A DNA stretch of 64,000 nt from Candidatus Latescibacterota bacterium (GTDB lineage: Bacteria > Latescibacterota > UBA2968 > GCA-2709665). Within the stretch, counting starts at the first letter, position 1. Each line of letters begins with the position of its first letter. Position numbers and translations under genes: made by a program. This document shows, piece by piece, positions 10,215 to 18,760 of this stretch. The DNA lies in the NCBI GenBank assembly GCA_965219995.1, contig CBDCOX010000002.1, forward strand, positions 4,768,001 through 4,832,000, written 5' to 3'. Below the pieces are notes generated by a model, which saw only the letters and a program-made list of their open reading frames with translations, was not told the origin of the DNA and did not search any database.

Positions 10215-11234
10215 ATGGCGAAGTACAAGGCGGGCATCATCGGATGCGGGGGCCGGGGCCGCGGTCATGCACAGGGGTATGCCGCATCGCCCGAGGTCGA
10301 AATCGTGGCGTGCGCGGATCCGGCCGAGGCGGCCAGGGTAAACCTGGCGGAACAATTCGACGTTTCGCAAACCTACGGCGACTACCGGGAAATGCTGGCG
10401 CGAGAGGATCTCGACTTCGTCAGCGTGTGTACCTGGATCGGGATGCATCGGGAAATGGTCATCGCGGCGGCCGAGAGCGGCGCGCGGGCCATTCATTCCG
10501 AGAAGCCGATGGCGCCCACGTGGGGCGATGCGAAAGCGATGGTTCGGGCCTGCTGCGACCATGGCGTCACCATTACGTTCTGCCACCAGCGTCGTTTCGA
10601 GCGGTCTTTCAAAAAGGCGAAGGCCCTGGTACATGAAGGGGCGATCGGGCAGCTTATCCGGGTGGAAGGCGCGTGTCCCAATCTTCTCGACTGGGGCACG
10701 CACTGGTTCGATATGTTCTTCTTCTACAATGACGACGCGCCTGCCGAGTGGGTGCTGGGGCAGATCGATGCTTCCGAAAAGCGCGAAATATTCGGCGTGG
10801 AGGTGGAAGCGGGCGGGCTTTCGTGGGTGCGCTGGCGGAACGGGCTGGAGGGATTGCTCGCTACCGGCGACGCGGCCCTGAAGGGCGTAGCGAACCGGCT
10901 GATCGGCACGTACGGAATCATCGAAGTGATTGGAGGGCGAGACAGGCCCCCGATCCGGATCATGCGCCCGGGCTCGGACTGGGAGGTCCCGGATCTGCCG
11001 GGGCCGCAGGTGAATCCGACGGTGCTCTCGGTGCTGGATCTCATAGATTGCGTCAAGACGGGGCGGGAACCGGAGTTGAGCGGCCGGAAGGCGCTGCAGG
11101 CAACGGAGCTGATCTTTGCGACCTATGAGTCCAGCCGCCGCCGCGGGCGGGTGGACCTGCCCCTGGACGTGGAGGATTCCGCGCTGCTGACCATGCTGGA
11201 CGAAGGGTCGATCGGCGGGGAGAGAAGTAAGTGA
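10215..11234 (+). CDS. Gfo/Idh/MocA family oxidoreductase
   Basis: IIGCGGRG, SEKPMA, DWGTHWFD. Confidence 0.9.
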   Translation: MAKYKAGIIGCGGRGRGHAQGYAASPEVEIVACADPAEAARVNLAEQFDVSQTYGDYREMLAREDLDFVSVCTWIGMHREMVIAAAESGARAIHSEKPMAPTWGDAKAMVRACCDHGVTITFCHQRRFERSFKKAKALVHEGAIGQLIRVEGACPNLLDWGTHWFDMFFFYNDDAPAEWVLGQIDASEKREIFGVEVEAGGLSWVRWRNGLEGLLATGDAALKGVANRLIGTYGIIEVIGGRDRPPIRIMRPGSDWEVPDLPGPQVNPTVLSVLDLIDCVKTGREPELSGRKALQATELIFATYESSRRRGRVDLPLDVEDSALLTMLDEGSIGGERSK

Positions 11235-11242
11235 GTCCGTGC

Positions 11243-11296
11243 GAAAACGGACCCGCATGGGGTTAGAGACCGGTATCGCTGACCGACTATCACTAA
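11243..11296 (+). pseudogene. Fossil C-terminus of a HigB/RelE-type toxin
   Basis: One frame reads ENGPAWG*RPVSLTDYH*, ending 16 bp before higA. Plasmid-killer HigB proteins typically end in '...GP..V.i.DYH*'. Confidence 0.55.
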
Positions 11297-11312
11297 ATAT
11301 TCTGGAGGCAAA

Positions 11313-11600
11313 ATGCTGCCGGAAAACCGAATTACGACCCATCCTGGGGAAGTTCTTCTGGAAGAATTCCTGAAGCCCCTGGAAATTACTCAGGTGGCGT
11401 TCGCCAGGCACATCGAAGTACCTCTCCAGAGGGTGAACGAGATCATCCGTGGCAAACGAGGCGTAACCCCGAATACCGCCTGGCTGTTTGCTCAAGCTCT
11501 GGGAACGACGCCGGAGTTATGGTTAAATCTACAACGTAATCATGACCTGGCCAAGAGCCGACCCGATAAGGAAATACAGAAACTTCAAGCGGTGGGATAG
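11313..11600 (+). CDS. higA: HigA-family addiction module antitoxin (HTH)
   Basis: THPGEVLLEEFL, RVNEIIRGKRGVTP, WLNLQ. GGAGG RBS. Confidence 0.92.
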   Translation: MLPENRITTHPGEVLLEEFLKPLEITQVAFARHIEVPLQRVNEIIRGKRGVTPNTAWLFAQALGTTPELWLNLQRNHDLAKSRPDKEIQKLQAVG

Positions 11601-11624
11601 ATCAGGATTTACCAGGAGGATCCC

Positions 11625-12257
11625 GTGAGTTTTCAGGTGTATGATTATCGAATGGATGTGTGCAACATGCTCGTCACGCCCTGGATCCGGTCGCGTTTTC
11701 TGCGGATGGAGCCCGGCGAATCTGCATCGCTGCACAGCCACGATCTGGGCCACGAGATCTTCCTTGTGCTCGCCGGCCGGGCTGAGTTTACGATCGACGG
11801 CGGCGTCAGGGAGGTGGGCCCCGGACAGCTGTGCGTGGCGCTCGCCGACGAAATCCACTCGGTGCGGACCGTGGGGGATGAGCCGATGACGATGTACCTG
11901 TCCGTCACCCCGCACATCCAGCCCACGCACACGGGTCGGACCGGGGCCGGTGAGCGGTTGCCGACCCGCTTCGCGCCTTCGAGCGCATACGACGTAGCGC
12001 CGGACGACGCGCCGTCGATGGCGGACGTGGTCGACCGCAACATGGAGGCGGCTCGCGCCCTGGCGCGTGATGTGGCTGCGCTGGTCCGGACGCAGGAGGA
12101 GACGGCAGGTCGCCTGCGGGGTGGCAGCAAGCAGGATGCCGTGGAGGCGCGGGAAGCGGTGTGGGGCGCGCTATACAATGTGTACAGACATGCATACGAT
12201 CTCGGGGACGCGTGGAATGCGCTGGCGGACCGGGTGGAGCGGATGCAGGACGGTTAG
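11625..12257 (+). CDS. Cupin domain protein with helical C-terminal extension
   Basis: HSHDLGHE and EIHSV cupin metal-binding motifs. AGGAGG RBS, GTG start. Confidence 0.8.
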   Translation: MSFQVYDYRMDVCNMLVTPWIRSRFLRMEPGESASLHSHDLGHEIFLVLAGRAEFTIDGGVREVGPGQLCVALADEIHSVRTVGDEPMTMYLSVTPHIQPTHTGRTGAGERLPTRFAPSSAYDVAPDDAPSMADVVDRNMEAARALARDVAALVRTQEETAGRLRGGSKQDAVEAREAVWGALYNVYRHAYDLGDAWNALADRVERMQDG

Positions 12258-12325
12258 GCGTCGAGAGTTTCCATGCGCCGCGGTACATTTGCGGCTGCCG
12301 ATTGCGGGGAGAAAGGACAATCGCG

Positions 12326-13417
12326 ATGGCTCGCGTCAAACTCGGCGTCGTGGGATGCGGCGCAATCGCGCAGGTTCAGCATCTGCCGAATCTGGCGGGG
12401 TTGACAGAGGAATTCGAGGTCACCACCGTGTGCGATCTGTCGCCGGGGCTTGCCGCCTGGGCCGCGGAGACGTTCCACGTGCCCGCTTCGGTGACGGATT
12501 ATCGCCGGCTTGTCGCGTCGGATGACGTGGAAGCGGTGCTCCTGTGCCATTCCGACCCCAAGACCGAAGCGGCCGTCGCCGCACTGGAGGCCGGAAAGCA
12601 CGTATTGATTGAAAAGCCGGTCTGCTTTACGCTGAGTGAGGCGGATGCGATCGTAGATGCGGCCGATAGGGCCGGCGTGGCGGCACAGGCGGGGTATATG
12701 AAGGTGTACGATCCGGCGTTCGAGACGGCGAATGCCGAAGTGGACGGGATGACGGATATTCGCTTCGTCCAGGTGAACCATCTGCACCCGGACAACCGGC
12801 TCCATCTTCGCCAGTTCAGGCTGGAGCGGTTTGACGACCTGCCCGCGGGACCCGTGGCGGAGACGCGCGAGGCCCGGCAGTCGGCGGTTCGCGAGGCGAT
12901 CGGCGAGGCGCCGGAAGACGCGGTTCGTGCGTTCTTCACGCTTTCGGGAAGCATGATCCACGATCTGTACTGTCTTCGCGCGATGTTGGGGACGCCGGCG
13001 TCGGTGGTCAGCACGGAGGTATGGAACGAAGGGCGGGCGATTTCAACGGTACTGTCCTACGGCAACGGCGCGCGTTGCGTGGCATCCTGGGTGGACCTGC
13101 CGGATCTGTGGGACTTCAAGGAGACCCTTGAGGTGTACGGCGGCGACCGGCGCGTGCTGGTTTCCTATCCAACCGGATTCGCAAGGGGGATTCTGTCCAC
13201 GGTTGTCATATACGAGACGGACCCCCGGGGGGAGACGTCCGCCCGGCGGCCGGCCGTGGCATGGGAAAGTCCGTTCGTGCGGGAACTGCGCCACTTCCAT
13301 TCGTGCATAACAGGACGGGAAGCCTGCCGGACGCCGGTGACCGACGCCAGGGAAGACATCAGGTTGATTATCGATATCACCCGGTCATATATGGAATGCA
13401 GGCCGATACCGGCATAG
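12326..13417 (+). CDS. Gfo/Idh/MocA family oxidoreductase
   Basis: VVGCGAIA, GKHVLIEKP, SMIHD. Start at ATG 12326 after AAGGA. Confidence 0.9.
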   Translation: MARVKLGVVGCGAIAQVQHLPNLAGLTEEFEVTTVCDLSPGLAAWAAETFHVPASVTDYRRLVASDDVEAVLLCHSDPKTEAAVAALEAGKHVLIEKPVCFTLSEADAIVDAADRAGVAAQAGYMKVYDPAFETANAEVDGMTDIRFVQVNHLHPDNRLHLRQFRLERFDDLPAGPVAETREARQSAVREAIGEAPEDAVRAFFTLSGSMIHDLYCLRAMLGTPASVVSTEVWNEGRAISTVLSYGNGARCVASWVDLPDLWDFKETLEVYGGDRRVLVSYPTGFARGILSTVVIYETDPRGETSARRPAVAWESPFVRELRHFHSCITGREACRTPVTDAREDIRLIIDITRSYMECRPIPA

Positions 13418-13502
13418 TGGAAGGAAGGTGGAAATTCAAAGAGCCCGGGACGGCTCCCGGGCGTTCGTGTGTACTACGAGATCCCTATGGCAGGAGTAAC
13501 GG

Positions 13503-14462
13503 CTACTGTGCGCCGTCCGACACAGGGTAGAGGGTCAGTCTGCCTCTTCGTCCCGCGCCCTCATCGGCAACGATCAGCGTACCGTCCGCGGCGAAGGCGA
13601 TTCCTTCAACCTGACGATGCCACTTTGCGGGGAACTTCCTGACCACAACAACCTTCCCGTCCGGCGTGATTTCCGCAATCGCACCCTGGCGGGCGGCAAC
13701 GACGTACAAATTCCCCGAAACCGGATGTCGTTCGATTCCAGAGGGATGGAATCTTCGGCCTTTGATGTGTCGAGCGAATTCCTTAACCGGTATCAGGATA
13801 CGACCGTTTTCTTTCATCTGTCTTTCATCAGTCGACCACTTGTATATGGCCACCTTCCCTGACGTTTCAAGGCTGCGAGCTTCCTTGCACATCAACAGAA
13901 GTACACGCATGCCCTGGTCATACGCCAGGCCCTCGATTTCAAAATCCCGGCCAATCCCGGTCGTGTAGACATTGAAGAGAACGGACTCCCCGGCAATTCC
14001 CTCTTCAAACTCGTAGAGCCGTCCGGTACTTGTGACCATGAAGATCTTGTCGCCAGTCGCGGCAATACCCTCAAAATCACCGGCAACCGGGTGAATCAAA
14101 TCCGCCAGCTGGAATGCCTTGACGATTAACCCCTGCTGATAGTCGATCTCGAAGACGATCGCCCTTTCGTCGTTGTGCGCCAGGAGCCGGTTGTCGGCGG
14201 TCATTGCCAGACCGGAGACCTCCTCCAGTTCCCGCGGGAGCTTCCAATGCGTTGCGGTCTCGGGATCCAGGGGATAACTGTCGAGAGATGATTTCCTTTC
14301 TGACGCCGCCGTTGATTGCGCTGGCGAGCGTGCGCTTGAAACGCCCTGATCCGGGCCTGACCGATCTCCGATGATCTCCGCGGATGCATCCTCACCGAAT
14401 CCCATTGCCAGCAGGCAGAGAAGAATGCCGGGACCGGGACAGTTGAGCGAAAAATTCATCAT
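13503..14462 (-). CDS. SdiA-regulated (YjiK-like) secreted beta-propeller protein
   Basis: Signal-peptide-like N-terminus; repeated EVSGLA, DFEGIA, EIEGLA, HPSGIE and QVEGIA blades; HNDE motif. Confidence 0.75.
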   Translation of the reverse strand: MMNFSLNCPGPGILLCLLAMGFGEDASAEIIGDRSGPDQGVSSARSPAQSTAASERKSSLDSYPLDPETATHWKLPRELEEVSGLAMTADNRLLAHNDERAIVFEIDYQQGLIVKAFQLADLIHPVAGDFEGIAATGDKIFMVTSTGRLYEFEEGIAGESVLFNVYTTGIGRDFEIEGLAYDQGMRVLLLMCKEARSLETSGKVAIYKWSTDERQMKENGRILIPVKEFARHIKGRRFHPSGIERHPVSGNLYVVAARQGAIAEITPDGKVVVVRKFPAKWHRQVEGIAFAADGTLIVADEGAGRRGRLTLYPVSDGAQ

Positions 14463-14534
14463 GTTGTCATTCGTTTCCGTTTTTCCGTTTCGTCAGCGTC
14501 GCCACAGATGGTCGCTCTGGCTCAGATCCACCGG

Positions 14535-15503
14535 TTACAGGCTCGAGTCGGCCTCGACTTCGGTCAATTCTACGTCTTTGATGCGTTTTTTTCCTTTCTT
14601 CTCTATATTCCGGACAAGAGCGGGCAGATCGGCGGATTGATTCGCGGAGAAATCATACCCGACGACAACCGTACCGTCATCATTCTCGATCACTTCCGCC
14701 ACGTTCCACTTGATGCTGCCCGAGTCGAGAGAAGGGCCGGTTGCCTTTTGCGCTGCATTGACGTTTGTTGCATGCACGTCGAGCCGGAAGTCGCTGACAT
14801 TCCCGTCGACATCTTCCCCGGACGCGGAGGTACGGTCCGATTTCTTCCGGGAGACAATTTTCCAACCCGAAAGTATCGGTGGCTCTGCTGCATAGTTGGT
14901 CTTCCACACGCCCAGCGTTATGGTGACAAAAGCCAGCGATGCGATGAACGCGACCGTCGTAAGCTGGGTGCCTGCAGCCAGCCCGATCCCGATGACGATG
15001 AACATGTAGACCGCATCCATCGTTTCTTTGAGCGAGATCCGGAAGCTGACCGCGGCCACGATTCCCGCAAGGCTGAACGCAAGGGCAAGACTGCCCTTAA
15101 CCAGGAAGACGACCAGCGAAATCGCGACAGGCATCACGAGGAGCGTGTGCGCAAAGGACTGGCTGTAATTCTTGAGCGGCCGCGTCCAGGAATACACCCA
15201 GGTGATCGGCAGGGTAACTGCGAAGGAAAGCACCAGAGCGACCACAACCGGAATCGTGTGCGCCGGATCGAGCAGGCGGTTGATCCCCTCCTTGATGTTT
15301 CCCAGTGGTATCGCGGAGTCGGACCCCGATCCGAGCGACTTTCCAACGAAGATGCGCTCGCGCTCCTCGGCAACGTAATGGAGGATTTCCGGATAAATGT
15401 GGAAAATCACATTGAGAATGACAAGCCAGGTGACATAGTAGATCACCAGACGGACGATGATATTGTTGGACAAGGCACCCTCCCTCATTAGCCAGCCCTG
15501 CAT
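14535..15503 (-). CDS. DUF4956-like membrane protein
   Basis: Several TM segments and SLALAFSLAGIVAAVSFR...D.VY.F..IGIGLAAG. Confidence 0.75.
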   Translation of the reverse strand: MQGWLMREGALSNNIIVRLVIYYVTWLVILNVIFHIYPEILHYVAEERERIFVGKSLGSGSDSAIPLGNIKEGINRLLDPAHTIPVVVALVLSFAVTLPITWVYSWTRPLKNYSQSFAHTLLVMPVAISLVVFLVKGSLALAFSLAGIVAAVSFRISLKETMDAVYMFIVIGIGLAAGTQLTTVAFIASLAFVTITLGVWKTNYAAEPPILSGWKIVSRKKSDRTSASGEDVDGNVSDFRLDVHATNVNAAQKATGPSLDSGSIKWNVAEVIENDDGTVVVGYDFSANQSADLPALVRNIEKKGKKRIKDVELTEVEADSSL

Positions 15504-15719
15504 CCCTCACGGAGATTGAGAAATTGGTTCGGAGTCCTGGAGGATCGATCTTGCGGTCGGTAGTCTGACTTGCTGTTCCCGCCAGTCGTCAGATTCTGTT
15601 CGGAAACTTGCCGCGAACTCCGGTGCGGATCCGCGGATGCCCATTGACGACAATATACACTGCCATAGCGAAAATTCAGATCGAAAATTTCCTGGCGTTT
15701 GGGCAGGAATGGCGCGTTG

Positions 15720-18440
15720 TTAGAACATGAATCCGCCGCGCAGATACACTCCCGTCAAATCGTCACCTCTTACGACGGCCGCACTTACCGTGTGCCTGCG
15801 GTTCAGAAAGGACAGCCAGAATCCACCCCCGATACCGGTGTGCCACTTGCCGGCGCTTGAAGGATCGCCGTCGTAAAATACCCTGCCGGCATCGGCTGTG
15901 CCGAACAGCCCCAGTTCACCCGCAACGAAGAGGTTGATCTCTGCGAGAACGAGCCGAAGTTCGGAATTTCCGAACAGCGAGGTATCTCCCGCGAACCTGT
16001 TTTTCTGGTATCCGCGTAAATTTCCGCCCGATATTCCAGTGCCGACAACGCCGGTCCCACCCAGAAAAGCGCTTTCAAAAAACGGATAGGATCCCCAGAC
16101 CTTCCTGGCGCCGCCTCTCACGGCGAGTGTCGGCCTGGTCGGCATACGTACAGTCAGGTACGTACTGGCTTCTCCTTTTATGCTGCCGAACATGGAATCC
16201 ACGTTCCACATTTCCGGGTAGATGGCTGCGCCGACCATGACCCGGATCCCCCGAGTGGGATACCCCGGGTTGTTCCGCGTATCGAACCTGATTTCGCCCT
16301 GTGCGCCAATCTGACCGAAAGCGCCCACACCGTAGAGCTGGTTGTCCATGGAACCGATCAGCGTCCCTTTGTTGGATCCGGATGGGGTGTTGGAATACTT
16401 GATGACAGGACCAAAGTGGACGTTTAATCTCGACCGAAGCGAAGCCAGGCTGAAACCGGACATTTCTTCCCTGTAGTCCGCTCCTCGATACTCCAGCGCC
16501 GGCGCAAGAACGAGAGAATATCTCGTCACCTTATAAAACGAACGTGGTCGTCGAATTTCCGTTTCATTGCCGAAGCCGTAGAACCGCAGCGACCGGATAC
16601 CGGAGAAATCAAAGCGGACGTTCGCGTCGAATTCACGCAGGGGTCGACGAAAATGGCCGGTATATGAGAGAAAGGGTCTGACGCTTTCGAAACCGTTCAC
16701 TCCCGCGAGCCCGGCTACAAATGTGTGTTGTGCGGAGAAAGGGTCTTTCCGATAACCGAAGTACTGCCGGGTGTGAAGTAAACCCGTATACACGGTCAGG
16801 TCCGGATCGATCATGAATATGGGCAGACTTCCGGACCGTTTGCCCCAGTCCAGCGCGTACCTGGCGTTCGGTGTGTGGGTTCCGTGGGGCCGTTGGTACG
16901 AGCTCTCGTCGATCCTCGCTCCCTCGCCGGTGACAAACCGGTTCTTTCCGCGCGAATCGTAAAACCGGGTCTTCGAGGCGCCGGATTCGGATCCATTCGT
17001 CAGCGTGTCATCCCCGCCGCCGCCGTCGATGTGGACGACAATCGGGCCCCCGGGTCCGGACACTTCCGCACGGTCGTCTCCACCCCGAAGGTGGATCCGG
17101 ACTTCCCGCGTTTCTCCCGGTTGAAACGTCCGCTGGAAATAGGGCGGCTTCTTCTCTCCCGCGGCACCCTTCATCAGACCGATTCGGACGTTGAGATTCC
17201 CGTCAGGCAGGTGCTCGCAGTGGACGTACTCGTCCTTGTCCGTCGTTTTGATTTCGGCCTCACGGTTGATCATCTCGTAGTATCGGCCTGCGAATTCGGG
17301 CAGTGCGTCTCGCCGCGATTTGAGCGCCCGGGTCAAAGATTCGCCAATCAGGGAGTGAAACGGCGGCGGCAGCTTCCGCACGGCGTTGTCGATGACCGGG
17401 TCCGGCAGATCCTTGCGAAAGGCCGACACGACCGAGTTCCAGGCGGCTCTATCGAGTTCGGCCAGGAATTCCCGGTCTATTTCCCATCCGGTCATTGAAA
17501 GGCCGATCAGGCTGGGGAACTTCTCCTTAAACTTGATCTGAATGGGAAAGCGTCCTCGCGCGATCGCCATCGCAACGCCTTCGAAGTGGATGAAGGCCTG
17601 GTCGCGGTCCTCCGGAATCGGCAGCCACGTGTAACAGTCGCCATCGGGAAACCGCGCCCATCTCCACTGACCGTAGTGGCGGTCCTTGTCATTGACGAGA
17701 AAGTCCATCAGTCTCGCTTTCAGAAAGGCCCGGGCATCGACGCGGTTGCAGGGGCTTTTCTCCAGGTGGTCCCGCAGCTTGTCCGTACCGCTGACCTTCC
17801 GCGAACCGGCGAATCCGGGCGCGTCGTCCTTACCTTCCGACGGGTGTTCCTGCAGCATTCCGATAAGGCCGGCGAATCGCTCCCGATATTCCTTCAGTCT
17901 CGGATCGTCCGGAATAACGACCAGCGTATGCCTGGAATGCAGGATGCCGGCTGCCTCCATCAGCGGATCGACCACGAGCGCGCCCGTCGGCAGCATCGCG
18001 CAGATCAGATCGTGAAGGACGTCGCCCACGACCGTATTGGCGATTTCGTCAGGGACCCTCCTGGTCGCGTCCTTGTCCAGCGAACGAACCGTGTACCGCC
18101 GGCCGTCTTCCCCTGTAAAGTGCAAAGAGACGGACTGTCCGAAGCCGCCGGTGCGAAGCGGGGTCAGGCCGCCGCCGACGCCGTCGAGGTCAAGGACCGC
18201 GACCTCGACGGGGGTATTCCACAGGTCCCGGTAATTCGCCCCGTAGAACCAGCGTTTGAGCCCGTCGGCGCGAAATCTCTCCCCTGGAATCACCTTATGG
18301 GTTCTTGCTCCGGGCGGAGGAACGGATCGGTGAATCCTTGACCCTGGAGCCGGCGAATCCTTCTGAGATGCGGATGCTGCCGGAACCGAAAGGGCGAACA
18401 CGAGCAGGAGATTAAGGGGGTTCCACCAGGAAAGTACCAT
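15720..18440 (-). CDS. Omp85/BamA-TamA-type outer membrane protein with an N-terminal atypical-kinase-like domain
   Basis: Signal peptide; GGFGQS loop, DKDRHYGQWRW and PEDRDQAF; C-terminal barrel with LRGY (VRGY-type) motif and terminal Phe. Confidence 0.7.
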   Translation of the reverse strand: MVLSWWNPLNLLLVFALSVPAASASQKDSPAPGSRIHRSVPPPGARTHKVIPGERFRADGLKRWFYGANYRDLWNTPVEVAVLDLDGVGGGLTPLRTGGFGQSVSLHFTGEDGRRYTVRSLDKDATRRVPDEIANTVVGDVLHDLICAMLPTGALVVDPLMEAAGILHSRHTLVVIPDDPRLKEYRERFAGLIGMLQEHPSEGKDDAPGFAGSRKVSGTDKLRDHLEKSPCNRVDARAFLKARLMDFLVNDKDRHYGQWRWARFPDGDCYTWLPIPEDRDQAFIHFEGVAMAIARGRFPIQIKFKEKFPSLIGLSMTGWEIDREFLAELDRAAWNSVVSAFRKDLPDPVIDNAVRKLPPPFHSLIGESLTRALKSRRDALPEFAGRYYEMINREAEIKTTDKDEYVHCEHLPDGNLNVRIGLMKGAAGEKKPPYFQRTFQPGETREVRIHLRGGDDRAEVSGPGGPIVVHIDGGGGDDTLTNGSESGASKTRFYDSRGKNRFVTGEGARIDESSYQRPHGTHTPNARYALDWGKRSGSLPIFMIDPDLTVYTGLLHTRQYFGYRKDPFSAQHTFVAGLAGVNGFESVRPFLSYTGHFRRPLREFDANVRFDFSGIRSLRFYGFGNETEIRRPRSFYKVTRYSLVLAPALEYRGADYREEMSGFSLASLRSRLNVHFGPVIKYSNTPSGSNKGTLIGSMDNQLYGVGAFGQIGAQGEIRFDTRNNPGYPTRGIRVMVGAAIYPEMWNVDSMFGSIKGEASTYLTVRMPTRPTLAVRGGARKVWGSYPFFESAFLGGTGVVGTGISGGNLRGYQKNRFAGDTSLFGNSELRLVLAEINLFVAGELGLFGTADAGRVFYDGDPSSAGKWHTGIGGGFWLSFLNRRHTVSAAVVRGDDLTGVYLRGGFMF

Positions 18441-18537
18441 TGTTGTCCCTTACGTTTCAGGGTGGTTCGGAAAACCTTAAGCTGTCCGAAGGTTGTCTCG
18501 GTAACGGTCCTTTCCCGTGCGAGAGTGATCCTGAATA

Positions 18538-18760
18538 TTAACCTTGATTCGTCATTATTCGGGGACGTTAATTCGAATATGTGCAAGTGAATAAAGGCGA
18601 TTTAACTGCTGATTTCTATGATGCTTCAGGTCACTGGACGTGAACGGAAAAAATGTCCTTCCGGACGACCTCTTCGGCGCGTTTCGCAGCGATACCCTTT
18701 GTGCCTTTTTGTGCTTTTTGTGGCCAATTTAACGGTTGTCTTTTTTCGAATTGAGGTTAA
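18538..18760. mobile_element. MITE copy 1 (TTAA-flanked)
   Basis: TTAA|CCTTGATTCG...CGAATTGAGG|TTAA imperfect inverted ends. The first 140 bp match 54808-54947 at 137 positions. Confidence 0.75.
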
